Source of the DNA: Eledone cirrhosa
Taxonomy: Eukaryota
Length of the DNA: 64,000 bases
NCBI GenBank assembly: GCA_964016885.1
Contig: OZ024751.1
Location: 15,376,001-15,440,000 of the forward strand
Direction: 5' to 3'
The position numbers and the translations under genes are program-made. Of this stretch, positions 27,902-40,583 are shown piece after piece. Numbering within the stretch: the first letter of the stretch is position 1; each line of letters begins with the position of its first letter. The notes below the pieces were generated by a model that saw only the letters and a program-made list of their open reading frames with translations, did no database searches and was not told where the DNA came from.

Positions 27902-28093
27902 TTAACCCTTTAGCATTTAAACTGGCCAGAATTCTCTCACCTCTTTCTGTTCAAACCAGCTGCTCATACTGATGTTAAGGTATTGTTCTCAAAATAAATA
28001 ATATTAAAATCTGATCCGATATTATGTGAGATAAACCCTTTTCTGTGAAAATACAATAGTAAATATAGAGTAATGTAAATGCTAAAGGGTTAA
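27902..28093 (+). mobile_element. piggyBac-type MITE, cleanest copy
   Basis: TTAA CCCTTTAGCATTTA ... TAAATGCTAAAGGG TTAA (14-bp TIR plus TTAA TSD). Other copies 30557-31085 (with SINE inside), 31443-31653, 42100-42315, 47355-47709, 48457-48671. Confidence 0.88.
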
Positions 28094-28829
28094 ACAACAG
28101 CAATGTGAGTTCCACAAATATGAATGTATTGTACTAGAGTCGATGTTCGACAGCAGATTCCCAATTCACCCTGTAAGGTGGTCATGATAGTGACATGACA
28201 AAAAGCAGCCAGTCCACACTGTAAAGTGGTTGTTTTGGTGACACGACAAAAAGCACCCAGTCCACACTATAGTGGTAATTTTGGTGACACAGCAAAAAGC
28301 ACCCAGTCCACACTATAAAGTGGTAATTTTGGTGATTCGACAAAAAGCACCCAGTCCATGCTGTAAATGTGGTTGGCCTTAAGAAGGGCATCTGGCTATA
28401 GAAACCAAGCCAGAAACAGTTTTGATCAAACTTGTCTCACATGGTCATCTAATCAAACTTGTCTCACAACGGGACAACTTATCGAACCCATGCTAGCGCA
28501 GAAAAATGGACATGTTGATGATTTACTGTAAAATTAAGAGCACAGAAACTGTTCACATTGATTGAAGACAAATGAAACAATTAAAAATATTTTTCTTTTA
28601 ATCAAATATAAATTTGATGATCACGTGTGTAATTTTGAAGTAAATATTCAATAATTAAACCAGTATATAAATGAAACATAACTGGTAGTTTTCCCATCAT
28701 CATACCACATTTTTGTTTTGTGATTTTATTGCAATTTTCAATTACCAAACTTTTTCATTTTTCACACTGGAATGTAAATGCATGTGGTCATCTAATGTAC
28801 GTGTGTTACTATATGTGTGTGTGTGCGAC

Positions 28830-30258
28830 TGGTCATTTTCTGTGTCTGTCTATTGTATAATGTGTTAGTGGACATCTAGTGTATGTGTGTTACTGGTCAT
28901 TTTAGTGTACGTTTGTTCCTAGTCATTTTCTATGTGTCTGTCTATTGTATAATGTGTTAGTGGACATCTAGTGTATGTGTGTTACTGGTCATTTTAGTGT
29001 ACGTTTGTTCCTAGTCATTTTCTATGTGTCTGTCTATTGTATAATGTGTTAGTGGACATCTAGTGTATGTGTGTTACTGGTCATTTTAGTGTACGTTTGT
29101 TCCTAGTCATTTTCTATGTGTCTGTCTATTGTATAATGGGTTAGTGGACATCTAGTGTATGTGTGTTACTGGTCATTTTAGTGTACGTTTGTTCCTAGTC
29201 ATTTTCTATGTGTCTGTCTATTGTATAATGTGTTAGTGGACATCTAGTGTATGTGTGTTACTGGTCATTTTAGTGTACGTTTGTTCCTAGTCATTTTCTA
29301 TGTGTCTGTCTATTGTATAATGTGTTAGTGGACATCTAGTGTATGTGTGTTACTGGTCATTTTAGTGTACATTTGTTCCTAGTCATTTTCTGTGTCTGTC
29401 TATTGTATAATGTGTTAGTGGACATCTAGTGTATGTGTTACTGGTCATTTTAGTGTACGTTTGTTCCTAGTCATTTTCTGTGTCTGTGTTATTGTATAAT
29501 GTGTTAGTGGACATCTAGTGTATGTGTGTTACTGGTCATTTTAGTGTACGTTTGTTCCTAGTCATTTTCTATGTGTCTGTCTATTGTATAATGTGTTAGT
29601 GGACATCTAGTGTATGTGTGTTACTGGTCATTTTAGTGTACGTTTGTTCCTAGTCATTTTCTATGTGTCTGTCTATTGTATAATGTGTTAGTGGACATCT
29701 AGTGTATGTGTGTTACTGGTCATTTTAGTGTACATTTGTTCCTAGTCATTTTCTGTGTCTGTCTATTGTATAATGTGTTAGTGGACATCTAGTGTATGTG
29801 TGTTACTGGTCATTTTAGTGTACATTTGTTCCTAGTCATTTTCTGTGTCTGTCTATTGTATAATGTGTTAGTGGACATCTAGTGTATGTGTGTTACTGGT
29901 CATTTTAGTGTACATTTGTTCCTAGTCATTTTCTGTGTCTGTCTATTGTATAATGTGTTAGTGGACATCTAGTGTATGTGTGTTACTGGTCATTTTAGTG
30001 TACATTTGTTCCTAGTCATTTTCTGTCTGTCTATTGTATAATGTGTTAGTGGACATCTAGTGTATGTGTGTTACTGGTCATTTTAGTGTACGTTTGTTCC
30101 TAGTCATTTTCTATGTGTCTGTGTTATTGTATAATGTGTTAGTGGACATCTAGTGTATGTGTGTTACTGGTCATTTTAGTGTACGTTTGTTCCTAGTCAT
30201 TTTCTGTGTCTGTCTATTGTATAATGTATTAGTGGACATCTAGTGTATGTGTGTTATT
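28830..30258. repeat. Minisatellite, 90-92-bp unit x ~15.5
   Basis: ctggtcattttagtgtacgtttgttcctagtcattttctatgtgtctgtctattgtataatgtgttagtggacatctagtgtatgtgtgtta; near-identical units, no spacers. Confidence 0.97.
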
Positions 30259-33200
30259 ATTGTTCATCTGGTGTATATGTGTTGGACAGCTTGTGAGTGC
30301 ATGTGTTTTACATTTCATCTTATGTGTTTAAGTGGTTAGTGTATATATATGTTAGTGGTCATCTAGCATGTGTGTGTTTTATCTTTTTAACCCTGCTAAA
30401 ACCAGCTCTGGTTCAATGATAGAAAACCACCGATATTAAAGGGTTTCTATTTAAATCATCATCTTCCAACAAAATATTATATAAGAATCATATATTAAGT
30501 TACTCTCTTAACAATGAAGTAATTAATAATCTAAGTAAATCCTTCAAAATTATTCATTAACCCTTTAGCATTTAAACCAGCTGTATCCAGCCAGAATTCT
30601 CCCACCTCTTCCTGTTTAAACCGGACATAACCAGCTGCTCATACTGATGTTAAGATGTACTCAAAATAAATAATATCAAAATCTCGTAGCTTTGATATTA
30701 TGTGAGATAATTATATGAGATAAAGCCTTTACTGTGAAAATACAATAGTAAATATACGGATAACTCCTTGTGGAGTCATAGAGGCACTGTTACACGGCAT
30801 GACTAGGGGACTTTTAAACCTGGTTGAGCCCAACCCTCTCCAGGTCTGAACACAGCCGATTTTTTCTATAGAGGAAGAATCAACCCCAGTACTGAACTGG
30901 TACTTTTTTTATCGACCTTGAAAGGATGAAAGGCAAAGTTGACCACGGCTGGGATTTGAAGTCTGAGCACACAATGAGGTGGGACAAATACCGTAAAGCA
31001 TTCTATCCGACGTCTTAATGACTCTGCCTATTCCTTGCCTTTTAATAATAGTAAATATAGAGTAATGTAAATACTAAAGGGTTAATTAACTGAAATAGAG
31101 AATATTTCATTAGAAATACAATTATGAAAGTGTTAGTTGATAACGTATAAGAGTTTTATATGTGACCTTGTGTTGTAGGTTATTTAATGTACTTCTTACA
31201 GTTTATCTGATGCAGTAACACACGTTCACACCAATATATTGGTTGTCCAGTAAGTGTCATAAGACTAAGAAAGTCAGTAATCGAAAAATCTAAATCAATT
31301 AAACCTTTCGTTACCATATTTCTAATGAAATACTCTGTATTTGAATTAGTTTTTGAAGTATTTAAAGGAATTTACTAAAATTATTAAAATAGTATTTGTA
31401 ACATACATAACTTAGTTGGCTGTGACCATGAGGAAGACTGGTCCTTTAGCATTTAAACCAGTCATAACAGACCAGAATTCTCTCATCTCCTTCTGTTCAA
31501 ACCGGTTGTAACTGGCTGCTTATACTGATGTTAAGGTATTGTTCTCAAAATAAATAACATCAAAATCTCATAGATTCAATATTATGTGAGGTAAAGCCTT
31601 TACCACAAAAATACAATAATATATACAGAGTAATGTAAATACTAATGGGTTAAGTCTCATTCATGGTGGTGGCATGTCAATGAGTTTTACTACCATAAGC
31701 ATGACTAGTAAAGTGAAAATATTTAATAGTAACTATCTTCCCTTCCTTTACTATATTTTAGCCATTCAAAAAATCTACACACTCACAAATTGTTAAATTC
31801 ATTTAAAAGTGCCCAGCCTACATTGTAAAGTGTAATGTAGGTGTCACAACAAAAAGCACCCAGTACACAGTAAATGTGGTTGGTGCTAAGGAGGGCATTA
31901 AGCTGTAGAAACCAAGCCAGAATCAGTTCTGTATGAGCAATGTAATTAAAAGTAAAGATATTTTGGTGGTGCATGAAGTTTGTAAACTACTTTCTGAATA
32001 AAGCTGTGCATCATTGGTTTAAAGTGTGTTAGTGACTCTTTACGTGAATTAGGTTATTGGTTCTGTAGAGCGGGCATATCAAACTGAGGGTCCCCCAAGG
32101 GCCACACATGACAACTAATTTTTAAAATTTTATATTACGAAAATAAAATATGCTAGTGCTGTGAAAAAAACCTTTGTGTAGGCTCCAGGTGTGCTTGTAA
32201 AGGGCTGCATATTTGACATACCTGCTGTAAAGTGTGTATGTTAATGGTCGTCTTGTGTGTAAGATAGTGGTTCTGAAGTGGGTGAGTGTTAGCAGTGACC
32301 TTGTGTGTCTGTGTGAGTGAGTGAGTTATTGTTTTTGCAGTGTATGCCTGTGTTATTGTTTATATATATATATATATATATAGTGTGTGTGCATGTGCGA
32401 GTTACTGATAATCTCTTGTGTGAGTGTACGAGTATTGTATAGGCTCATGTCAACCCTCATCAAACAGTCCTAGGGACCTGTGTATATTTTTGCATGGATT
32501 AAAAAGAAGAAAACTTCCTTTAACTTTTATATTATAACATGTAAAGAAACAAACAAAAAAAAGTCTTCAGAAATTGTAATATGCTTTTCACAGAATCTGA
32601 ATGTCATGTTAAAAATAGACAACATAATAGCAGAGAATTGATAACGCTTTGGTATATTTTTCTTTACTTTTCTTTTTAGATCAAGTTAATCAAACGTATT
32701 CTTCTCTTACTCAAGACTGTAGGATGTGATTTGAGAGAAATTTGGCAGCTATTTCTAGCATTACGAGCAAAAACAAAGGCTCTGGTCTCCTGGAAGATCG
32801 TCAATGGGATATGTAGATGAGAGAGAATATATACATTGTTGTACTACAGAGCAAACATATATACTTATGATATGAAACATAAAAATAAAGGGGAAGGTTC
32901 TATGCAGTCGCTCGGTTTTCTAGAAATACCAGCAAAAGTCCCTTCAAATCAACACCCTACAGTCTTAACAGACGTGGAAGGGAACAGGTGCATCCTGGTT
33001 ACATTATATCTTAAATAAATCCCGCCGAGGTTAACTTTGCCTGTCATCCTTACGTCGTCGATAAAATAAAGTACCAGTAATGCACTGGTGTAATTGCTGG
33101 CCTGGTGCCAAACGTAGAAACAATTATATCTTAAATAAAGACTAAATGATCACAGTTCAAATTAATAAGGACTGCCCTGGGCTGAAATAACAAATATAGC

Positions 33201-33408
33201 ATGTTGAATGTATGTTAGCTTAATGCAAGCTGCCTCAACGCAAGTTTTTTTTTTAAACTATGAAAAGTAGTCGAACAAGTTGGGCATATAAATATAAGCC
33301 CCTAGAAACGGGGGAAAAGTGGACAGTGTCGCCTGTGGGACTCGAACTCTCGCCACAGGTGGAAGTAACTTGCTTTAAGTTAAAATACATTCAAAATTTG
33401 CTCAGCTA

Positions 33409-33582
33409 TACGAGGATCGGCTAAAAAGTTCATAAGCTGACTATGAAGGAGTGATGCTAGAGCTGTGAAATCTTGCATGCATTAATTTCAACTTTTCTTT
33501 GCAAGACTATGGAAAAATAAATCCTCTTTGAATTACCATGAGAGAATCTTGGTTAGCCTACCAACGTTTTAGCCGACCCACG
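33409..33582 (+). mobile_element. Mariner-type MITE (second copy 37216-37382)
   Basis: TAcgaggatcggctaaaaagtt...ttttagccgacccacg termini; shared internal gaaggagtgatgctag..ctgtgaaatcttgcatgc. Confidence 0.65.
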
Positions 33583-34065
33583 CAGTTCTCAACAAATATA
33601 ATTATGTTTTTTCCCCAATTATTATTGATATATAAGCTAAGGTTTAGCGGACAAAGGGAAAAAACAAACAAACAAAAATAACGGAATATTAGAACAAAAT
33701 GGCGAAACCGAAAAAGCTAAGTGTCCAAATGTCAGTGTTGGAAGAAATTAAAAAGAGTAGAAATAAAGAAGAGGCTATGTAGCCGGTAAAAGTGTCAGAC
33801 ACCGAGTTAAGACAATTTGAAATCTTTTCCACCATCAATTGTTAAAATCATTTAGTCGTCCATTTATAACGTACTTAACACTTTAGTTACATACACATCT
33901 ACACGTAAATAGATAGACAACAGAAGGAATGAGCTGGTGAAACTCTGTAGTGACGTGTGTTGCCTCCCTTTATGGTTTACCGGTTACATAGCCTATTCGT
34001 AGAAATAACAAGTTTAAGACGATAGAACCAATGTTTAGATATTTAAGGTGGATGGGGGAAAATAT

Positions 34066-35199
34066 TTAAAGAAATTCAGTTTTTCTTAGTCTTACTTCAT
34101 CTTTTACACACATAAAACGAGGGTTCTTGGTAATTTTTTTGGTAAAAGTTGCCCGGAGTTTATCGTTTGATTCCGCATAACCTCCTTGAGCAAGATATTC
34201 AGCTATCGCTTTCTTACCAACCTTTTTCATATTCATTTTCTGTTCTTCTTTACTTTTAAGAATAGAAACGATAGTCTTTTCCCAATCGAATTTGATTTTC
34301 TGCTTCGATTTTCTATCTTTTTTCTTTTCTTCTTCTTCTTCTTCTTCCTCCTCCTCTTCTACTTCTTCGCTCTCTTCCCCATTGGTTCCTTCTTCCTCAT
34401 TTTCTTTTTCATCACTTTCCTCTTCTACTTCTTCTTCCTCCTCCTTTTCTTTCTTTTTCTTGGAATGTTCAACAGGTTCCGCACCATCACGCTTTCGTAT
34501 CTTCGACTTACCCTTTTCTTCTTCTTCATCACATTCCATATCAACATTATTATTATTACTTTCATCATCAACCATTTTCCGGCGATCTTTTTTCTCCTTT
34601 TTGTTTTGTTTTTCGGAACGTTTCGCCTTCTTGTCTCGTTTACTTTCCTTCTTGGTTGTATTTTCAACGATTTCTTCCTCGTCCGTACATTTCTCTGTGG
34701 ACATTTCCACGTTGCTTGTAACACCGGTTCCATTTTTGGACTTATCAACCTCCATACTTTCTGCTGTGTTATTACTCTCAGTCATCAATATATCCCAGAT
34801 TTGTTTAACCACCGATTTCTCACGAATCCGTAAACTATTCTGAACAAAGTTTTCAAATTTCGATTGTTTCCTGGGAATATTTGGATAATCTTTGAGTCTC
34901 TCCAGTAAGTTGCGAATATTAGGTTTCGAATTACAGTTATCGATGGCTGTTTGTACTTTCTGTAACCATGCATCTTGTTTAACTTCTCCCTTGTTTTGTG
35001 CCGGACGAGCTTTGTAATCTTTGCCGGAGTATTTCTCCTCTTCGCTGATACACTTGATGTGACTGTTGTAGTCGTCACCCCAAAACTCCTTGTTACAGTC
35101 CAAACACGACACCATGCTCATTCGACATCGGGCATAATGTTTATCCACTTGGTTCTTCTTAAATGAGTCACCACATTTAGAACAATTAAAGAATACCAT
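34066..35199 (-). CDS. LYAR: Cell growth-regulating nucleolar protein LYAR, 377 aa, single exon
   Basis: MVFFNCSKCGDSFKKNQVDKHYARC and SCLDCNKEFWGDDYNSHIKCISEEEKY (two C2HC fingers), PNIPRKQSKFENF, K/E-rich middle, C-terminal KFDWEKTI domain; true ATG at 35199 rather than the GTG at 35277. Confidence 0.96.
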   Translation of the reverse strand: MVFFNCSKCGDSFKKNQVDKHYARCRMSMVSCLDCNKEFWGDDYNSHIKCISEEEKYSGKDYKARPAQNKGEVKQDAWLQKVQTAIDNCNSKPNIRNLLERLKDYPNIPRKQSKFENFVQNSLRIREKSVVKQIWDILMTESNNTAESMEVDKSKNGTGVTSNVEMSTEKCTDEEEIVENTTKKESKRDKKAKRSEKQNKKEKKDRRKMVDDESNNNNVDMECDEEEEKGKSKIRKRDGAEPVEHSKKKKEKEEEEEVEEESDEKENEEEGTNGEESEEVEEEEEEEEEEEKKKDRKSKQKIKFDWEKTIVSILKSKEEQKMNMKKVGKKAIAEYLAQGGYAESNDKLRATFTKKITKNPRFMCVKDEVRLRKTEFL

Positions 35200-35585
35200 T
35201 ATTGCCGTCAAATTTTCACATAAAAGAATTCCGTTATCGGCGCCAACTTTGAAACGAATACGTATGCTCGGTGTCACACCAAATTACTCCCTCCTAACAC
35301 AATTTCCAATAAACAAAACATAAAAATGAATATAATTTAATTGGAAACATCACAATAATAATAAAATAGAGAAGAATATGAATCTATTTTAATTTTCTAA
35401 TTTTGAGACTTAACTTTTATAATTCAGTTAAATTGATTATCATTTTAGTTATTGGACCACGATGGTTTTACGTCACGTGATCCCACAGCGGTGTAAGCAG
35501 AAGTTAAGTTCCTTTAGAAGACTTTAGGCTGTGAAGAGAACTTATGCCTTGGCTTCTATATTATAAAATATTCTAAGTAAGTATT
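35200..35585. promoter_or_regulatory. Probable bidirectional LYAR/METTL6 promoter with METTL6 non-coding exon 1 (donor ~35577)
   Basis: Divergent genes; ttacgtcacgtga (overlapping CRE-like/E-box) at ~35468-35480; plus-strand donor ctaa/gtaagt. Confidence 0.55.
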
Positions 35586-36513
35586 TATTATATTTGTATT
35601 TATCATAATGTTAGTTTACACTAAGAAAAAAAAAATTCTTTTAACATCACAACTGGTCCTATTATATATTTTTGTGATTGAATTCTTTCATTCTTTATTG
35701 ATAACATACTTCGAATTTTAATGGTCTCTTATCGCGTGTGAATAGTAGATACATTGAAAGAATGATGAATGGCAAAAATTAAATTAAAAAAATGATTGAA
35801 GTTTATTTACAATTAGTAGTACTTAAACGTGATGGAGTTTTATTTAAAAAAAAAGTTTTTTTTATTGATTTGGTCCGACTTATGTATATACGTAACCATC
35901 GCAGGCCTTCCGAAAACAACGAAATAATTCTGTTAGCTTCCAGCTCTAACTGTTGCAACTATGCTAAAAAAAACTACGCGGAGAATATAGCTTAATGCAA
36001 GGTTTCCCAAACATTTTCAAACGTGAAACCCTTTTTGGCTCAGAAACTTTTGGGGAAACACCAAAGTCTAATATTGTTATATGGTCGTAATATAAATATA
36101 CCCCTCTACCTTTTTTTTACGGAACCCACTTTGGGAACCACTGCCTTAAAGTATTATTAAATGCAACACACGCATATATATATATATATTCAACTAATGG
36201 CTTGCCATTACATGAATTTATCTATATGAGGAGAAGAAACGTTGTACAGCGAACACCACGTGGTTAAAAAAGTCGCCATCAACATGTTCCCGCTGGGCAG
36301 TGGAGGCATTTCTGAATTGGTTGATGTGTGGTTAGTTTAGCTGTTATTATCAAATATCAACCAAGATAAAAAACTAAAAAAAACTTCGATATGCGATAAA
36401 CAACATGTACATAATTTTTTTTTTTTTAATAAATATTACAATTTTATAAAAAAAAAAATGATAAAGAAACGAAGAAGAAAAAAAAGGGGAGGGGCAATTT
36501 ACCACCAATTGCG

Positions 36514-36802
36514 ACAATCGCCAACACCTCGCATCTTGGGGGTTAATTGTACACTTTCACGGGGGTCAATGCTGCCGAACGGAATAAAATTCGGAAATAT
36601 CAAACAATTATTTTTTGTAGCCTGTGGAGTTCGGGCCCCCGACAGCGAAGTTCTTGTTCCCACTGGCAGCTTGCCTTACTCGTGAGGGTGCCTGGTTAGT
36701 TCAACGCCTTAGCCTCCACATCACCCGTGGTAATGCTGCAAGCGTTTTGGCTTGCCTGAAAGTGTACAATTATCCCCCAAAACGTGAGGTGTTGCCGATT
36801 GT
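36514..36802. mobile_element. MITE-like element with ~46-bp imperfect TIRs and GC-rich interior
   Basis: acaatcgccaacacctcgcatcttgggggttaattgtacactttca / tgaaagtgtacaattatcccccaaaacgtgaggtgttgccgattgt. Confidence 0.75.
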
Positions 36803-37486
36803 ATATAAATTATAGCGCATATACAAATGGATGTGTGTTTTGGTAGTTTGGGGAGAAAAACATCGTTATCTTTTGTTCTGGCAGCGGTTCGTTTGTCCAC
36901 CCTTGTTGCACGTGGTCCTAGATGTGTGTATTACCTGTTTGTGTGTTTTTATTCTTTTTTCCTTTCCCTTATCTTTCTTTTTTCTCTTTATTTGTAATAT
37001 GATGATGGTTATGTTGACAAATAAAGTTTTATCATATAAATATATCTAATGATTAAGTATGACCCTTTAACATCCTGTAATTATTTAGTAGAATATGTCA
37101 AGAAACGGGTTTGTCTATTCACATGTTTATAGTATCTTCACCAGTGGATAGATTGTTGTGAAAACATGCAGTGCTAGAGCAAAGATTTTGATTTTGAATG
37201 CCATGCAGTCGTCATGCAAGGGCCGGCTGAATTTTCATGAAGGAGTGATGCTAGTTCTGTGAAATCTTGCATGCTTTAATTTCAACTCGTCTTATTGATA
37301 ACTACTTTGTTTCTTTCCTGAGTTTATGTTGAAAAATAAACCTTATTTGGTCAGCCTATGCACTTTTCAACCAACCCTTGTATTGTTGCTTTGTACTTTT
37401 CAAGAATGTTTTGCTTCTGCGACTTCATGTGGTACAGGACGTTAAAATTTAAAATACTAACATTTTGTTTGTTTTTCTTTCTAGGT

Positions 37487-37732
37487 ATGTTGGAAACTGA
37501 GCCAGTGTTGAGTGAAGACAGTAAAATGTCTTCCCATATTTTGACACCCGAAGAAGTTGCTAAATTAGAGAAGGACCAAAAACTCGTATCTGAATACAAA
37601 CAAAATAAATTTGAGAAAGATGCTTGTAAAAACTGGGATTTGTTTTATAAACGGAATACAACAAAATTCTTTAAAGACCGACACTGGACAACTCGAGAAT
37701 TCCAGGATTTATTGAATGAGTCTGATTCTAAT
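37487..37732 (+). CDS. METTL6: tRNA N3-methylcytidine methyltransferase METTL6, coding exon 1
   Basis: Acceptor ttctag at 37484; MLETEP...KQNKFEKDACKNWDLFYKRNTTKFFKDRHWTTREF...DSN; donor gtaaga at 37733, phase 0. Confidence 0.95.
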
Positions 37733-39761
37733 GTAAGACTAATTCTTCTTTTCTTCGCCCACTTATTCCTCAGAGGGTCGTGGGGCAGAGACCTCAAACA
37801 CTCCTTCCAGCGGGTCCTGTCAGAAGCAACCATCTCCAACTGATCCGGCTGGATGCCCAAGCGTGACCAGCAAGCTCGTGGATGTTATCCAACCATCTTG
37901 CCCCAAGACTAATTAAAAAAAAAAATTGTATTATTTCCAAAAGGTGGTGGATTGGCAGAATTGGTAGAGCATCGGATAAAATACAATTGCTGTATTTGTT
38001 CTGGATCTTTACATTCTGAATTCAATTCCCACCAGGATCAACTTAGACTTCCATCTTTCTGGGGTTGGTAAAATATAGTACCAGTTAAATACTGAGCTGA
38101 TTTGATCAATATTGCCCTCCTAAATTTGCTGGCTTTGTGCCTAAATTAGAAATTATTTTTTATAATTTCTGGTTTCTTTTTGTTACCCAATGTCTTTTTG
38201 AAAATAGAGTGAAGTAATTTGAGTCCCTGGCTGAGCTGGCTCCGACTGACCAAACTTGGAATGGGCCCCTGTCACGCGTTGTGGACCCCACCACTTGATT
38301 TCATAACGTTGGTTTAGTTTTTAGTCTGTATTGAGAAGTGGGAGTGGATAGAGGAGTGTGAAGTTACCAACTTTACCTTTAGCTCCATTGATTAAAATTG
38401 CTTTAGAAACTTTATCACCCCAAGCTCCATAGGAAGCAAACGGAACTAAAGATGACGATTAGGATAATGATGAATGATTACCTCCCTTACACTCCTTTTT
38501 ATTTTCATCATTATAAAATCTATTTTCCATGCTTGCATGGTTTAGAAAGCTGCCATGTGCTGAGGCCAAATTGGTCAGGAGATTAGGGATCTTGCTCATA
38601 TGCTTTGTTTTGGCTTGGTTTCTATGATTGGATGCTCTTCCTAACGCCAACCACATTTCAGCTTGTATTTGAAGCATGGTTTCTATGGCTGAATGAATGC
38701 TCATCTTAACACCAACTTCTTTACAGCATGTACTGGAAACATTTTATTGTGGCACTAGCACTACCAACTTATATTGTGAACTAGGTGCTCTTGTTATGGC
38801 ACCATCACAAATATTAAGGTCCTACCGAGACTCATCTTTCAATCACTGGATTCAGAGTGCTAACTATTACACCATAGAACCTTTTTATTGTTTAGAAATA
38901 TTTATAAATTAATGATTTTCTTTTCTTCGATTCAGTATGGGTGTAATTTCAGTTACATAGCTGCATACATGATCCTGTAACTCCTGGGGAAGTCATAGGG
39001 GCGTTGTATTGATATACAAGGTTTCTAGGGCATTTTAAAACTTGGAAGAGCACATCTCTATTCAGGTCTGAATACAGTATATTTCTTCCAGGGGAAATTA
39101 AAGAGTGAGAGAATGGAAGTGAGGAAGAGATATAGAGGAAGAATCGATGATGATGAATCAACCCCAGTACTTGACTGGTACTTTTTTTATCGACCTCGAT
39201 TGGATGAAAGGTAAAGTTGACCTCGGTGGGATTTAAACTCAGAGCATAGAATTGAAACAAATACCATAAAGCATTCTATCAGACCTTCTAACGACTCCAC
39301 TAATTTGCCACCCAGTTACGTATATACTCATGTATAAGCCACACCTTTTTTCAGAAATAATAATCACTTAAAGAAAAGCAATCTATATTATTAATCATTG
39401 ATTAGTAATGTTCTCAGTGTGTTTATTCCTGATTTAGCAACTAAACTAAAATCATGTAGGGTTGAAAATAATCCTTTAGTGCTGCTGAGGGCATAACAAA
39501 CACTCGAGTGCTTGTGCTGTGATAAAATGTACCCTGTATACTCTGTAAAGTAGTAGCAAATAAACTAAGACCATGTAGTGTTGAGAGAGCCACTTTAGTC
39601 TTGTTGAGAACATAACCACACTTCTAGTGCTGGTGCTATGTTAAAAAGCTTCCAGTACACTCTGTAAAGTGGTTGGCATTAGGAAGGATATCCAGGCATA
39701 GAAACCAAGCCAAAAATGATTTAGACAACTTAACCCATCCAGTATTAAATTGTGACAACCT

Positions 39762-40090
39762 ATGGAGGCACATGGCTTAGTGGTTAGAGCATTGGCCTTG
39801 CAATCGAAAGGTTGTGAGTTCAATTCTCAGACCGGGTGATGTGTTGTTTCCTTGAGCAAGACACTTTATTTCACATTGCTCCAGTTTACTCAGCTGTAGA
39901 AATGAGATGATAGGGACTGGGTTCCCTATTATTCCACTGCAAAGTGGACGTGTAGGTGCCACGGCAAAAAAGCACCCAGCACTCACTGTAAATGAGGTTG
40001 GTGTTAGGAAGGGCATCCAGCTATAGAAATTAAGCCAGAATCAGTTCCCGTCCCACCCTTGCAAGCAGGGAAAAGCGGACGTAAAATGAA
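39762..40090 (+). mobile_element. SINE family B, full length (inverted copy at 42701-43043)
   Basis: tRNA head, central body, RTE-type tail. Confidence 0.9.
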
Positions 40091-40463
40091 ATGAATGAAA
40101 TGAATGAATATATATCCAATCCATCCATACCGGCATGGAAAGCAAATGTGAAATGATGATAATAATGATGATTTCTAATGTTAATATCAGTAATACACTG
40201 GGGCTCATTAAATTCATCTCTATTCTCACAACTATGAATTTATGACTGTATGGATGTCAAAAAAATATTTGTCTCAATGTTAATAATGATGATGATGCAT
40301 GTGAGTGTATATATATATATATATATATACATGTGTGTGTGTTTATATACGTCCAAACCCATGCAAGCGTGGAAGATGGATGTTAAACGATGATGATGAT
40401 GTGTATATATATATATAAATGATATAACAGGAATTTTATCTGTATTTCATCATTTTCTTTCAG

Positions 40464-40583
40464 CAGAAGACAGCACTGGAAGTTGGTTGTGGTGTTGGCA
40501 ACTTTTTATTTCCCCTGTTACAAGAAACCAGTTTGTTCTTCTATGCTTGTGACTTTTCAAAACGAGCTGTAGAATTTGTTAAG
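40464..40583 (+). CDS. METTL6: METTL6 coding exon 2
   Basis: [40 protein letters not shown] (SAM motif I); tttcag/cag acceptor, donor gtaaag. Confidence 0.95.

Noticed and set aside
28830-30258. CRISPR-like regular array (also 22216-22440 and 48699-49343)
   Set aside because: Head-to-tail units without unique spacers, no cas genes, eukaryotic context
34186-34843. Plus-strand 215-aa and 183-aa ORFs
   Set aside because: Antisense shadows of the K/E-rich LYAR region
35200-35277. 26-aa N-terminal extension of LYAR
   Set aside because: GTG start; the conserved LYAR N-terminus begins at MVFF (35199)
39762-39835. Apparent tRNA genes at SINE heads
   Set aside because: A/B boxes present but acceptor and anticodon stems do not pair, and each runs into a SINE body
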